DNA of 64,000 bases. Origin: Takakia lepidozioides. Lineage: Eukaryota > Plantae > Bryophyta. Where the stretch lies: the NCBI GenBank assembly GCA_030704615.1, contig JAKLZA010000356.1:1-64000 (forward strand). The letters run 5' to 3'. Numbering within the stretch: position 1 is the first letter of the stretch; each line of letters opens with the position of its first letter. Shown piece after piece: positions 1-11,579 of the stretch. The notes beneath the pieces are model-generated. The model was not told the DNA's origin. It did not search any database and was given only the letters and a program-made list of their open reading frames with translations. The translations under genes were made by a program, and so were the position numbers.

Positions 1-490
1 CAGGCGTTTCAGGGCACCCTGAATCTTGTGGTCACATTCAATGATATGCTTCTCAAACTAATCACTACTTATACGCAGGTAATCTTGCAAGTGCTAACCC
101 TCAACTCCTACCTTGCACTCACAGGTAAGAGAGCATCTTTCTCGAGTGATAGAAATCCATCGAACACACTGTGACACAAACATGAAACCAAACCATCACT
201 CTTAGAAAATAGTAGTCGAGCCAGGGGCACCCAAGCTATGGGGACTCCACCCCACAACAACTGTACCCCTACATACGCACACTCAAATCTAAACACATGC
301 AGGAGCTCGGTCGCGCAGGCTCAACTCGAGAAAGATGAGCCGCGCGACTGCCGCTCTCGTGAAGATAAGACGGACCAGGTGTCAAACTAAACTTGACACC
401 TGATTTAACACTTGACCTAAATCCAAGTGTTAAATACAAATAACTAGTTTTATTCTAGCTGTTTTCACACTGTGCTTATTTAACTTGACA
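1..490 (-). mobile_element. Left terminus (A repeat, self-priming PBS, start of leader) of a diverged relative of the MTase-Gypsy element, inserted into PLE-1
   Basis: Reverse complement from 490 begins TGTCAAGTTA like 3392; shares GGCTCATCTTTCTCGAGTTGAGCC and TATCA-CTCGAGAAAGATG; PLE sequence resumes at 491. Confidence 0.8.
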
Positions 491-496
491 TACGCT

Positions 497-2331
497 TTGT
501 TGCTCTTTGCTAGGAAGACTCCCTCCCAAGTGGAATGCAGGGTCACCAACACTGCTATCCACAACTATAGCAAGAGGTTCTCTCCTTTGCGGAGCGACAA
601 CTCCTGGGCCTTGGTCTCAATTACATTCCTCGTCCTCTTCCCCTTCCCGATCTTCAATCATCACCGAATTCAACAATTTTGCTCGAAGCTTGAGGTTGCG
701 AACGTCCTTCTCCGGCAAAGACAACGACGAGGTTCCTCTTTGGCGCGTTCCGAATCCATCATTCAATCCGCCAGTGGAATCTCAACCGCTCGAGGCCATC
801 ATTCGAGAAGGTAATGATCTTTTGTCTAGCCGTTTGGATCGAATCGCCCGCAATGCACGACCTTGTCTGCCGAGACACTTGAGACTTGCTCTCAAAAGAT
901 TGAGGTCGGATCCGGACCTTGTCATCAAGCCGGCCGACAAAAATCTTGGTCTTGTGCTTATGGACAAGTCTTGGTACATGCAAGAGGCGATGCGACAACT
1001 CTCAGACACCGAAGTTTATCGTCCCGTGGATTCCGTACCGTGGGAAGAACTTTGGTCGAGGTTGGAGGTGCTGGTTGCCATCCAATCTACAGGTTTGCGA
1101 TCTCCACCAAAGAATGGAATTACATCCGCCAACGCCCTCGGTCGTCCACGGACTTTCGAGCTTGTGCTTTGTACTTCATTCCGAAGGGTGCACAAACCCG
1201 TGCTTGTTGGAAGACCCATTTGTTCCTACAAGAACTACATCTTCGAGCATGCTTCAATTTGGCTCCATCACCAACTCCTTCCGGTACTTCTCAAGGAACC
1301 CACTCATTTGGTTGATTCTCTCACGCTTCTTCGAGAGGTTTCCCAACTCGAGGTCCCCTCGCATGCTCTTCTTTTTACGTTTGACGTGGAATCTCTATAT
1401 CCCAGCATCATCACCGAGCTCGGCTTGTATGAGCTCGAATGTGCTATTGGAGGTAATTTCACCAAACACAAAAAAGACCTGATCATGACCCTCGCTGGAT
1501 TAGTCTTGAAACACCATTACCTTGAGTTCAATGGTAGTTTTTGGCACCAAATTCGCGGGACGGCCATGGGAGCAACTTTGCAGTTGTTTACGCTTGTTTG
1601 TTCCTCTGTCGGTTGGAGATGTACATGGAGTACGTGTGCCCATCGGAGCAAGAGCTGCTTTATCTTAAGCGCTATATCGACGACGGCTTTGGCATCTGGG
1701 TAGGCTCCGAAAAGAGCCTCCGGTCCTGTTACGGAACTACGGTTCCATGTTCGATGGCATCAAAATCACGACCGCCATAAGCCCGACGTCCGCCGACATC
1801 TTGGATATCACCTTCCTCAAAGGAGACGACTTCATCCAAACTCGACGGCTCTCTACGAGATGTCATCAAAAGGCCCAGAACAAGTATCAATACTTGCCTT
1901 GGTCCTCGTGGCATCCACATCACCAAAAGAAAGCTTTCGTCATCGGCGAGCTCCAACGGTACGTAATACGAGAAAGCACCATCCAAGGTTCAACCATTTG
2001 CGACTTTTGTTTTTACAAACGTCTTCGAGCCCGAGGTTATCCGGCGGCGTTCATCCGGAGTTGCTTCACCAAGATCTCCTACGACCTCAGATCCGCTCTA
2101 CTCGACCAACAGACGCAACGCGCAGTTGAGGGTAAACGGGCCCCCCTTGTTCTTAAGCTCGACTACTCTTCGTACACTCGAGCCTTGAACTTGGGGGCCA
2201 CCCTAAACCCTAGACTCCACGAGTTGCTTCAGCAAGTCCCGGAGCTTCGGTTTCTTCCTCGAGCGATGATTTGTTGGAGGAATCCGCGAAAGCTGAGTTC
2301 ATTCCTAGTTAAATCTAGAATGATAGGATGA
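497..2331 (+). pseudogene. PLE reverse transcriptase, frameshifted copy
   Basis: IKPADKNLG, FDVESLYPSI, GTAMG and YIDD motifs split across frames by small indels. Confidence 0.85.
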
Positions 2332-2582
2332 TTTTGTAGTGCAAATGTCCCTAGCATTATTAATTTTGCCTCTTTGATAGCCCTAGTGTTGATGTTAAAG
2401 TCAAAGGGTTCCAACAATTTAATTTGGACCATTGACTAATTAATGCAGTCTTGACTTGGAGGCTAAATTAGTGCTTTAGTGGCATTATTATTGCCTTGGG
2501 AATTATCCCATATCGTTTGCACATAGTGAGGGTGCTTTTCTAGTATATAAGGATAGGCTTGGCTCTTAGGACTTCATCTCTT

Positions 2583-2638
2583 GGCGTTCCACTGATGAGC
2601 TTGAGCAATCAAGCGAAACTTGTTTGGAATAAAACACC
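2583..2638 (+). ncRNA. Minimal type I hammerhead ribozyme (PLE-1)
   Basis: TTCCA-CTGATGA-GCTTGA(GCAA)TCAAGC-GAAA-CTTG-TT-TGGAA: both core boxes, 6-bp stem II, stem I, very short stem III. Confidence 0.85.
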
Positions 2639-3107
2639 TTAACTCTTTTTGTGTCTCCACATTTAGAGAAGTCGAGAGTCTAGTCCTTGCCCGCCCGGGC
2701 AACTTGGATCGAAGGGGTGCTCGGCTCCGAGGGGAATCCCAACCCTTGGATACTTCCGAGGCCTTTTTTCTTTCCAAAGCACGGGCGTATAGAGCCTTCC
2801 GTTTGACGCCATCTTAGCCACCGCTTACAATGGGGAAGGCGGCTGGGGGTATATGGTAATCGTGTCGGGCAAGCTAATTTAGCCCCGACTACACGGTTCC
2901 CCCTGTCGTACGCCCGATGGTCGGAGAGAAGGGATTTGGTTGATCCTCCCTCGAGTTCATCTCGAGCGATCAGAGGACTATGGGCATGCGCAAGCCTCTG
3001 CCGACCTAACCTTCTCGTCGATGACCTTATGCGGTAATCCCTCCCATTCTTCCTTAGAGGTACGAACCTCTTTTTGAAGGTGGGGCATATAAGTTTTCAT
3101 CTAGGGG

Positions 3108-3391
3108 CCTAGCGACAAGTGCTCCATACTCCGTTCGTAACACTGGTGCAGCCCGTACTCCGTTTCGTAACACTGGTGCAGGCCCGTGACTGCTCTTGCA
3201 TTCAACATGGCAAGTCATGCTGCAAGGGTTTTTTCATGGATACCACTGACCCCTTCAATTATTGGCATTAACTCTTCCCAGCATTTCTTTGTTAATGGTT
3301 TGTAACATGGCGGTGTTGTTATCATACATCTTTTGTATGACATAAGGTCCTTTCCATGGTGATTTAAGCTTAGAAGCTTGAATCTTTCCTT
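3108..3391 (-). mobile_element. 3' part of host Gypsy integrase (GPY module) and downstream sequence
   Basis: Joining 15159 to 3387 restores in-frame WLQKKGKIQASKLKSPWKGPYVIQK. Confidence 0.85.
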
Positions 3392-3718
3392 TGTCAAGTT
3401 ATTTTACCACTAGTGTGAAACTAGCTAGGAAATAGCTAGCTTTTACATATTGACATTTGGGATTGGCCCAAGTGTCAATCCAGGGGTCAAGGCAGATTTA
3501 GGCCCTGGAGTGGTTATCTTCACGGCAAGCGCGGGAGGCTCATCTTTCTCGAGTTGAGCCTCACCGCGCCTAGCTATGGCGCCGTAGTGTGGATTCCCCA
3601 TGGCGTGGGGTGCACTTGGCTTGACTTGTATTTGAGTGATGAGGTTATATATGCATGAGTTTATGCTTCAGCTTTGTGAGCTCGCATGAGCTTGTGCTTG
3701 TATTCTTCTTCTTTATCA
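3392..3718 (+). repeat. Terminal repeat A1 (327 bp, TGTCAAG...TTTATCA)
   Basis: Nearly identical to 34942-35268. Confidence 0.9.
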
Positions 3719-3734
3719 CTCGAGAAAGATGAGC
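3719..3734 (+). promoter_or_regulatory. Putative self-priming primer-binding site
   Basis: 3718-3734 is the exact reverse complement of 3538-3554; lies directly after the CA of repeat A; no TGG tRNA-type start. Confidence 0.7.
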
Positions 3735-4429
3735 TCGTATCTGTGAGTGCTAGATACGAGTTAGTTGTAGCACTTGTGGTTTTTGCTTGAGAATGAGAGA
3801 AACCAAGTTGTTATGCAAGGAGCACCGTGGAGCTCTTGGTTGTTAGAAGCGGAGGCGATGTGGGTTACGAGGTGGTAGACCTTGGCATTCGATCTTCAGC
3901 TTCAGAGATGAAAGCACCATGCTGCAGGTAATTCCAGAGCACCTTGATGGTTTCAGATTGTGTACATGCATGAGCAAGCACGATTGGGAAGAGGACCAGT
4001 CAAGAGCAGGTTATAGTGGCTTTGGTGGCAAAGCTGAGAACTGGACTTGGGAATGCGAGCTTTCATTGTGTGAAGGATTGCAAGACCAAGCGAAAGGGCT
4101 GATTTGGCTTGGGGCAAATCAGTGCACTTTGTGGAGTATGGTGAGATTGGGTTTCAATCTCGAGCTTCAGCATTGAGAGGGCTCTTGTCATGGCAAGAGC
4201 AGGGCTGGAACAGGAGCTAAGAGGTGCGGCAAGGCCATGGAATGTGCACCTAGGGTTTCAGAGCTTGGAAGAAGAGCTCTTGCACCACAAGAGAAGTGTC
4301 TTGTGGCTGGAAATGTAAGCCTTAGGGTTTCAGGAGCTTGGCAAAGGCTGTGGAGTGCTTAGTCTTGTCTTAGAGAGCATCAAGGAGCCAAGGAGCCAAG
4401 ATAGGGGGCTGATATCTCTTGTGTGAAGA

Positions 4430-4860
4430 GGTTGCATGTGTGGAGCATGTATTCAGCTCATTGAAGCTTCCATCTTCAAGCTTGGAGGGCAAGCAAGGAA
4501 GAGGGAAGGGCTGACTTCCCTTATGTGAGGGCAATGCATGTGTGGAGCATGCTATCAGCCTGGTGAAGGCTTGCACTTTTAGGTGTGGGAGTGCAAGAAA
4601 GGAAGGAAGGGGCTGGTTTCCCTGTAGGGCATGTAGAGCATGCTTTCAGCCTGCTGAAGCTTGTATTTTCAGGTTTGTGGGTGCAAGAAATGAAGCAAAG
4701 GAGCTGATTCTCTTATGGTGAGAGTGGGGCATGTGTGGAGCATGCCTTCAGCCCATTGAGGCTCTTGTTTTCAAGCCTTAGAGAGCTAGAACGGAAGGTC
4801 TAGGGCTGGTTTCCACTTGGAGTGAAAGAAAAGCACTTGTAGGGCCTATGTGAGTTGGGG
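4430..4860. repeat. Degenerate ~100-bp tandem repeat (about 4 units) in Gypsy leader
   Basis: GCATGT(GT)GGAGCATG..TCAGC..TGAAGCTT recurs at about 4434, 4536, 4629, 4729. Confidence 0.6.
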
Positions 4861-5253
4861 TTTCAACTTCAAGCTTGAAGGGAGCGCAACTCTTGAAGCA
4901 ACAGGTGTAGAGGGCTGGAATAGGCTCTAAGACAGATGCTATGGCCAATGAGAGTGCTTGAATGAGTGCTCACAAGGGCTGGGAACCAGCAGGGCTTGGT
5001 TGTTTGCCATTGAGTTTAGTGGCGTGTTTGGGGAGGCTAAGTGAGAAAGAAGGCTTGGTTTGTGGCAACCACCTCATGGCTTAGGGCTACTATGGTGGTG
5101 TGTGGGAGCCGAAAGAGCAAGGATACCTTGCTGATTTCCTCACAGCCACCATAGCTCGGTGGAAAGAAGCCTAGAGTCCAAGAGACACAAACCCTAGCTT
5201 GGCGTGGCTAAACCCCTTGGAGAAATGGCTAAACTGCCAGAGCGGCCATGTGT

Positions 5254-6690
5254 GGGGCTGTGACAGGCTGTGGCAAGCTGTGACAGGCTGTGCCCTGTGC
5301 CCTGTGGGGCTGTGACGGGCTGTGCCCAGTGGCCTGTGGGGCTGTGATGGGCTGTGGCAAGCTGTGATGGGCTGTGATGGGCTGTGACAGGCTGTGCCCT
5401 CTGGCCTGTGGGGCTGTGACGGGCTGTGATAGGCTGTGGCAAGCTGTGACAGGCTGTGATGGGCTGTGATGGGCTGTGACAGGCTGTGCCCTGTGCCCTG
5501 TGGGGCTGTGACGGCTGTGTCAGGCTGTGACAGGCTGTGCCCAGTGGCCTTTGGGCTTGACGGCTGTGCGGGCTGTGACAGGCTGTGCCCTTAGGCCTGT
5601 GGGCTGTGTGACGGGCTGTGACAGGCTGTGCCCATGGCCTTGGGGCTGTGACGGGTGACAGGCGTGGCAAGCTGTGACAGGCTGTGATTGGGGTTGTGAT
5701 GGGCTGTGACAGGCTGTGCCCTGTGGCCTGTGGGGCTGTGACGGGCTGTGTCAGGCTGTGAGAGGCTGTGCCCAGTGGCCTTTGGGGCTGTGACGGGCTG
5801 TGCAGGGCTGTGACAGGCTGTGCCCTGAGGCCTGTGGGGCTGTGATGGGCTGTGACAGGCTGTGGCGAGCTGTGACAGGCTGTGCCCATGGCCTTTGGGG
5901 CTGTGACGGGCTGTGAGGGGCTGTGACAGGCCGTGCCTGAGGCCTTTGAGGCTGTGACGGGCTGTGAGGGGCTGTGACAGGCCGTGCCCATGGCCTTTGG
6001 GGCTGTGACGGGCTGTGAGGGGCTGTGACAGGCCGTGCTTGAGGCCTTTGGGGCTGTGACGGGCTGTGAGGGGCTGTGACAGGCCGTGCCTGAGGCCTTT
6101 GAGGCTGCTGTGATGGGCTGTGAGGGGCTGTGACAGGCCGTGCCCATGGCCTTTGGGGCTGTGACGGGCTGTGAGGGGCTGTGACAGGCCGTGCCTGAGG
6201 CCTTTGGGGCTGTGATGGGCTGTGACGGGCTGTGACGGGCTGTGAGGGGCTGTGACAGGCCGTGCCATGGCCTTTGGGGCTGTGACGGGCTGTGAGGGCT
6301 GTGACAGGCCGTGCCCATGGCCTTTGGGGCTGTGAGGGCTGTGAGGGGCTGTGACAGGCCGTGCCTGAGGCCTTTGAGGCTGTGAGGGGCTGTGAGGGGC
6401 TGTGACAGGCCGTGCCTGAGGCCTTTGAGGCTGTGACGGGCTGTGAGGGGCTGTGACAGGCCGTGCCTGAGGCCTTTGAGGCTGTGACGGGCTGTGAGGG
6501 CTGTGACAGGCCGTGCCTGAGGCCTTTGGGGCTGTGACGGGCTGTGAGGGGCTGTGACAGGCCGTGCCCATGGCCTTTGGGCTGTGAGGGGCTGTGAGGG
6601 GCTGTGACAGGCCGTGCCTGAGGCCTTTGGGTTGGGGGCTGCGACAGGCTGTGCCCAGTGGCCTGTGGGACTGTGACGGCTGTGACCAGT
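5254..6690. repeat. G-rich minisatellite of GGGCTGTGA(C/G/T) subunits with a ~55-bp higher-order unit
   Basis: Directly visible; produces stop-free antisense frames. Confidence 0.95.
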
Positions 6691-7423
6691 GAGCTGTGTG
6701 GGCCTGTGCTGGTCTGTGGTGGCCCGTGTTGACCTGTGGACGGCCTGTGCTGACTCGTGGAGGCACTGGTGGACTGCCTAAGGACTGGCATGTGGTCTGG
6801 AAGGCCGAATTTTGAAGCTCGTGGAGGGCGGTTTGAGGAGTATCTTCATGATATTCCCATGGTCATGCAAGTGAGGGTAGAGAGGAGAGGCAGAGTGTTG
6901 GGATGAGAGCATGCTGGGGTTAGGCATTGCTTTAGCTTCTCTTCCTCGTAGTTTCCACCCTCTCATTAGGCCAAGACCTTTCCGTAGGTGGAGGCAAGAG
7001 TCAGTCCGGGTTTGGGCTGGGGTGTCCTTGCAGGAGCAACACCGTGGAGTTGTTTTTGGTGTGGGGGAGTTGTCGATCTGATTTCTTGTGTTTGGATCCC
7101 CTCCATACCTGCATGCTTGACTGTGCGCCATGCTAGTTTTGTGTGGGCGCTTGTTTTTATAGGTGATTGGTCCGGATTTGATCACCGGCCAGTCCTAGAG
7201 CATGCTGTCGATGGTGAGGCTGGGGTGATGACCAGCCAGACCATCATTGTTTCTCCTGTGGTGAGGTTGGAGGTGATGACCAGCCAACCATAGGAGTGCT
7301 TGCGGTGGATGCAGGTACAGGTGTAGGCTATGTTAGGAACTTAGTATTCCAAACCATAAGCCGCAACAGGTTCTCTACCCGGTTACCTTGTGGAGAGGGG
7401 GTTAGGGACATGTTCATGACCGG

Positions 7424-8856
7424 TTGAGTGTCAACACGGAGGTGCCACTAGTTGCTGGGGACAGTGCCGGTTCGAGCACTAGCGATACTAGTGGGTACAC
7501 GAGACGAGGTGTGCGGTTTAGGCCACCTTCACCTCCTGTGTCTTCTACGGAAGGTTCTGATTCGGATTGTGAATCAGGAGGACTCATACCGGCGGTGCAA
7601 GTTGTTTCTTTGCCATTGTTGTGGGACACAATGGAGGAGATGTATGGAGCTACCAAGGGGCCACGAAGGTACTCTGGGGCGGTGGGCACCATCGAGTTGG
7701 ATGATTTTATCCAAGAGTTTGATAGTTGGTGTGATTTGCAGCAAATGCGCAATCCACAACTATTTACGCCTTTCATGGCATGGAAGGGCTGTTTCAGCAC
7801 CTTGAGGGGCCGCCTATGGATGATTACCATGAGTTCAGGCGGGGGCATGAGGTTGAGATCGAGGAGTGGAGGATGTACTGGTCACCCGACTATGTCTCCA
7901 TCACTAGGGGCACTAGAGCCACGAGGGCAGTGGCTACACCTGCCGCTGCACCGGCAGCTTCAGCAAGCAGCAGTGGGACTGGTGGTACAGTAGCTACGAC
8001 GTCCACCCAAGCCACTACCGCACCAGCACTAGCACCCGTGCCTGCCTTCAACCCTGTTGTGGAGTTCTTCGAAGAGTTGAGAGGGAACTACCAAGGGGTG
8101 AGGACAGAGAAGTTGCGGAGCTTGCAAGAGTTCCAACGGAAGCCGACCGAGAGCTTGAGGGAGGCTTTCACTCGCATGAGGCGCTTGATAAATGTAACCC
8201 AAGGGGTTACGGAAGCTCAGGCAGTCCAATTCTGGTATGGGATATTGGACAAGGAGCTGAGGAGAAGGGTGCGGGATGCAACTCTCCTACAAGCGGCCCA
8301 ACCCACCTTAGCAAATGTGTTTTTGCTGGCAGAGCGGATAGAGCTCAACATGGTGGAGGAACGAGTGGTCATGGTGGGATTTGCTAAGGAGACACCACGG
8401 GGTAGTGGTGCTCCTAGCCAACCACTACCTCAACGTGCTCAAGGCAACAAGGGGGCTCAGGTGAAGCTCAGGGAAGGGCAGAGAGGACCTCAGATGCAGG
8501 GGTCTCTCCCTTCATTTGCTGGCCAACAACGGGCGGATGTGGTGTGCTGGACATGTGGAGGACCCCATGTCAAGAAGGATTGTCCAGAGGGAGGCAAAGG
8601 GCCGGCACATGCACAGCCTGCACAGTTACAGTGTGGGCATTGTGGCAAACACGGGCATGGAGAGGCTCAGTGTTATGGTTTGCATCCTGAGTTGCGCCCA
8701 GGCCAGTTCCAAGGGAACAATGGTGGCCGGGGGCGAGGTGGAGCAGCCCAGAGGGACGAGGTGGCCAGCCACGAGGCCAAGGGCAAGCTCAACGTGGCCA
8801 AGGACGCGGAGGTCAGGGTGTTGACCAAGGCATGGCCAACCGGCTTCAGCAGCTAG
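7424..8856 (+). pseudogene. gag: Gag with two CCHC zinc knuckles (1-bp indels)
   Basis: FQRKPTESLREAFTRM capsid motif; CWTCGGPHVKKDC and CGHCGKHGHGEAQC. Confidence 0.85.
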
Positions 8857-9977
8857 AGCAGAGGCTCGCTGCCATGGCTACAGCTCAGGTGGTACCGGCT
8901 CTAAGGCCGGATGGTCCACCTCCTGCTCCTGAGGGAGGAGATATGGGAGGCATGGGATTCATGTGTGGAGCAGCACTACCACTAGTGCAGGTGGAGTCTG
9001 CTGCAGCCGTGACTCGAGGAGCAGCACGAGTTCCTGAGCCACGAGGTGCAGAGGTGGAGTTGGATCCACAGCGTGGGGAGGCAAGCCGTCAGGCTAGGCT
9101 TCCTCAGTCATTCACATTGGCGGAGACAGTGTCGACGCCATCCATGGCACCTAGTTCTCGCCCGACTGTTACCGAGGCGGAGGTTACTATGCCATTGGGG
9201 AGAGCTACACGGGTAGCACCACTACCTAGTGTTGCCAAGGCTACGGCAGCTAGTGTGCTGCTAGGAGCGGCCACATCTGTGTGCCAGGCTCCATTGTTCT
9301 CGGCTACCATGATTGCGACGCCGGGGGTAAGACCAGCTGAGGTGTTCAGGCTGGCAGCTACACTCTGTGAGAGTGGGGAGGTTACTTCATCTTCTGCGGA
9401 GATAGTGGGAGGTGTAGTGCCGGAGGGATCCTCGGATTTGAGGGTCAAGACTGCCACGGCGGCGCCATGGCAAGCTGCAGCTGCCAGGTTGATGGAGCTG
9501 CCAGCTAGGCCAGCCATTGAGCGCGCCATGGTGACACCTGGAGTTGTCATGTTAGACAACCAGGATGGCATTTTCTGTTTGAGTGGACCGGCAGGCAAGA
9601 GGTACCGGCCACTGCGGGTCTTGTTGGACTCGGGAGCTCAGCCATTGATGCTGGGCAGAGCTGCTATTGCAGGCTTGGGCCTCACGGAGGCGGATATGGA
9701 GCCTTGTCCTTTCCAGATACAGACGTCTTTGGGAGGATCGGAGCAGGCTCGGGGCATGACACGGCGTGAGTTGGCTATCAGACTACGGCCGGATCACCCT
9801 ACAGATGGCTCAGTGATGCGAGCCAAGGCCATTGTGACAGACGCAGTCTCATACGATGTCCTGGTTGGTGGGGCAGTGTTGTACCCATGGGCTTCACCCT
9901 GGATTTTTGGGAGGAGTCAGCTTCCTATAGGCCTGCATGGCAGTCAGGGGAGGGCCGGCGTGTGCAGCTCCCTGTGA
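8832..9977 (+). pseudogene. pol: Gag-Pol linker and aspartic protease
   Basis: VLLDSGA catalytic motif and YDVLVG. Confidence 0.8.
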
Positions 9978-10137
9978 CGTTCATAGGAGGAGTTGCGGTT
10001 GCCCAGCGAGGCAAGATGCCGACACTAGCAGCATTCACAACGGCAGTGAGTTGGCCTAGAGAGTTGCTTGAGGGCAATGCTCATTCAGAGGATGTACCAC
10101 CTCCGGGAGAGCAGGATGACATGTATGGTATGGCGGA

Positions 10138-11290
10138 TTGCCTACCATGGTTGCTCAGACTCCATTGTGGGGCACGAGCAAGGATTTGCAGCGGGATGCT
10201 GATCGACGGGTGCAACAAGCCTGGGTGGAGGCTTTTGTACCGTCAGGAGAGGAGGAGAGTGTGGGGATTGCACCAGGACCACCTCAATTGTCTCCATTGG
10301 ACACCACACCTATTGTGTGGCAGTATCCGGATGAAGGCATTTGTCTTCTGGACTTGTTTGGCGGGATCAGCACCGGATTGGCTGTTGTGTTACAGGCAGG
10401 TGTACGAGTTCGGCATTACCTGTATGTGGAGAGGGATGAGACTGCACGACGCGTTTCACTTCGCCATGTTGCTCAGTTGGTGCAGCGGTACCCTGAGTTG
10501 TTGTCGGTATCTGCAATTCGTGGATATCAGCAGGCCTTGCCAGCAGACATTTCGTTGCTGGGGGCGCAGGATTTGGAGCGGGTTGGCTCCATTGATCTGG
10601 TAGTGGCAGGTTGGCCCTGCCAAGGGCATTCATCAGCCGGGCATGGCAATGGATTGCGAGACTCAAGGTCGGGTCTGTTTTGGGAGATGGTGCGGGTTTT
10701 GCGCCACTTGCAGCTTCATCAAGCTGTATCTCCAGCATACATCTTGGAGAATGTGCCACTGATGGGCGATTCTCGGGCCAGGGTGATGGCCAGTGTGCAT
10801 CAAGTCCGGTCGTGGCTTGGGTCAGCAGTGTTGCTAGATGCAGCTACAGTGGGGTCACGAGCTCATCGTCCACGGCTATGGTGGACTAACTTGATGCCAC
10901 CCGCACTGCTCAAGCGTGCATTTGATGGGGTGCAGCGGCCAGCACATCTCACAGTGGATAACATTCTGGACACAGGGAGGCAGTCTCAGCGTGTGAGACA
11001 CGATGACTGTTCGCCTTTGGCAGTGGTCAACAAGGTGGGTCAACCACGGGCAGCATTACCTACACTGCTCAGCTTCCCAGGATCGCATGCTTTCCGGGAT
11101 AGTGGACCTGGCCTCCTGTGGGATGCTCAGTTGCAGCAGGTAGTGGAGCTGACGAGCGTGAGCGGGCAATGGGTTTTACCACTGGTACCACGGCGGTGTC
11201 GTCTCTTTCTGAGGCATCACGTCGTCAAGTGTTGGGGCAAGCAATGGATCTCAATTGCTTGACCTGGATTATCAGCTTGGCTCTAGCTGA
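10138..11290 (+). pseudogene. C5 cytosine DNA methyltransferase domain (DNMT3-like), copy 1
   Basis: Motif I LDLFGG, II YVERD, IV GWPCQ, VI ILENV, VIII AHRPRLWWTNL; IX ERERAMGF and X RRQVLGQAM after a frameshift near 11148. Confidence 0.9.
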
Positions 11291-11579
11291 GCAACGCAGA
11301 GTGCGGAGTACACTTCCCTCAATGGTCTCTCTGCCTACCGAGACGGTTCAAGCAGTGAGTGGGGCGAGCATGTGAGGACCACGGGGTGCATGCATCCATG
11401 GCACACGTGGGAGGTGCTCGAGGGTTCAGAGGGAGTTGGCAGCCAAGGCGGCTGTGATAGATGAGGTTGGGGATTCTTCTCGGGTTGAGGAGGTCCTCAA
11501 TGATGAGATGATGGGGCAGGATGAGGTCTTGTCATTGACTGAGCAGGCAGGGAGTACTGCTCAAGAGGTTGCAGCATAG

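Larger units (their letters stand above)
491..3107 (+). mobile_element. Penelope-like element (endonuclease-less) copy 1, interrupted at both sides
   Basis: Near-identical to 18725-21345; RT plus 3' UTR with hammerhead. Confidence 0.9.

Noticed and set aside
5194-6791. Three 346-391-aa minus-strand ORFs
   Set aside because: Artefact of a stop-free minisatellite; open in all three frames with repetitive translation.
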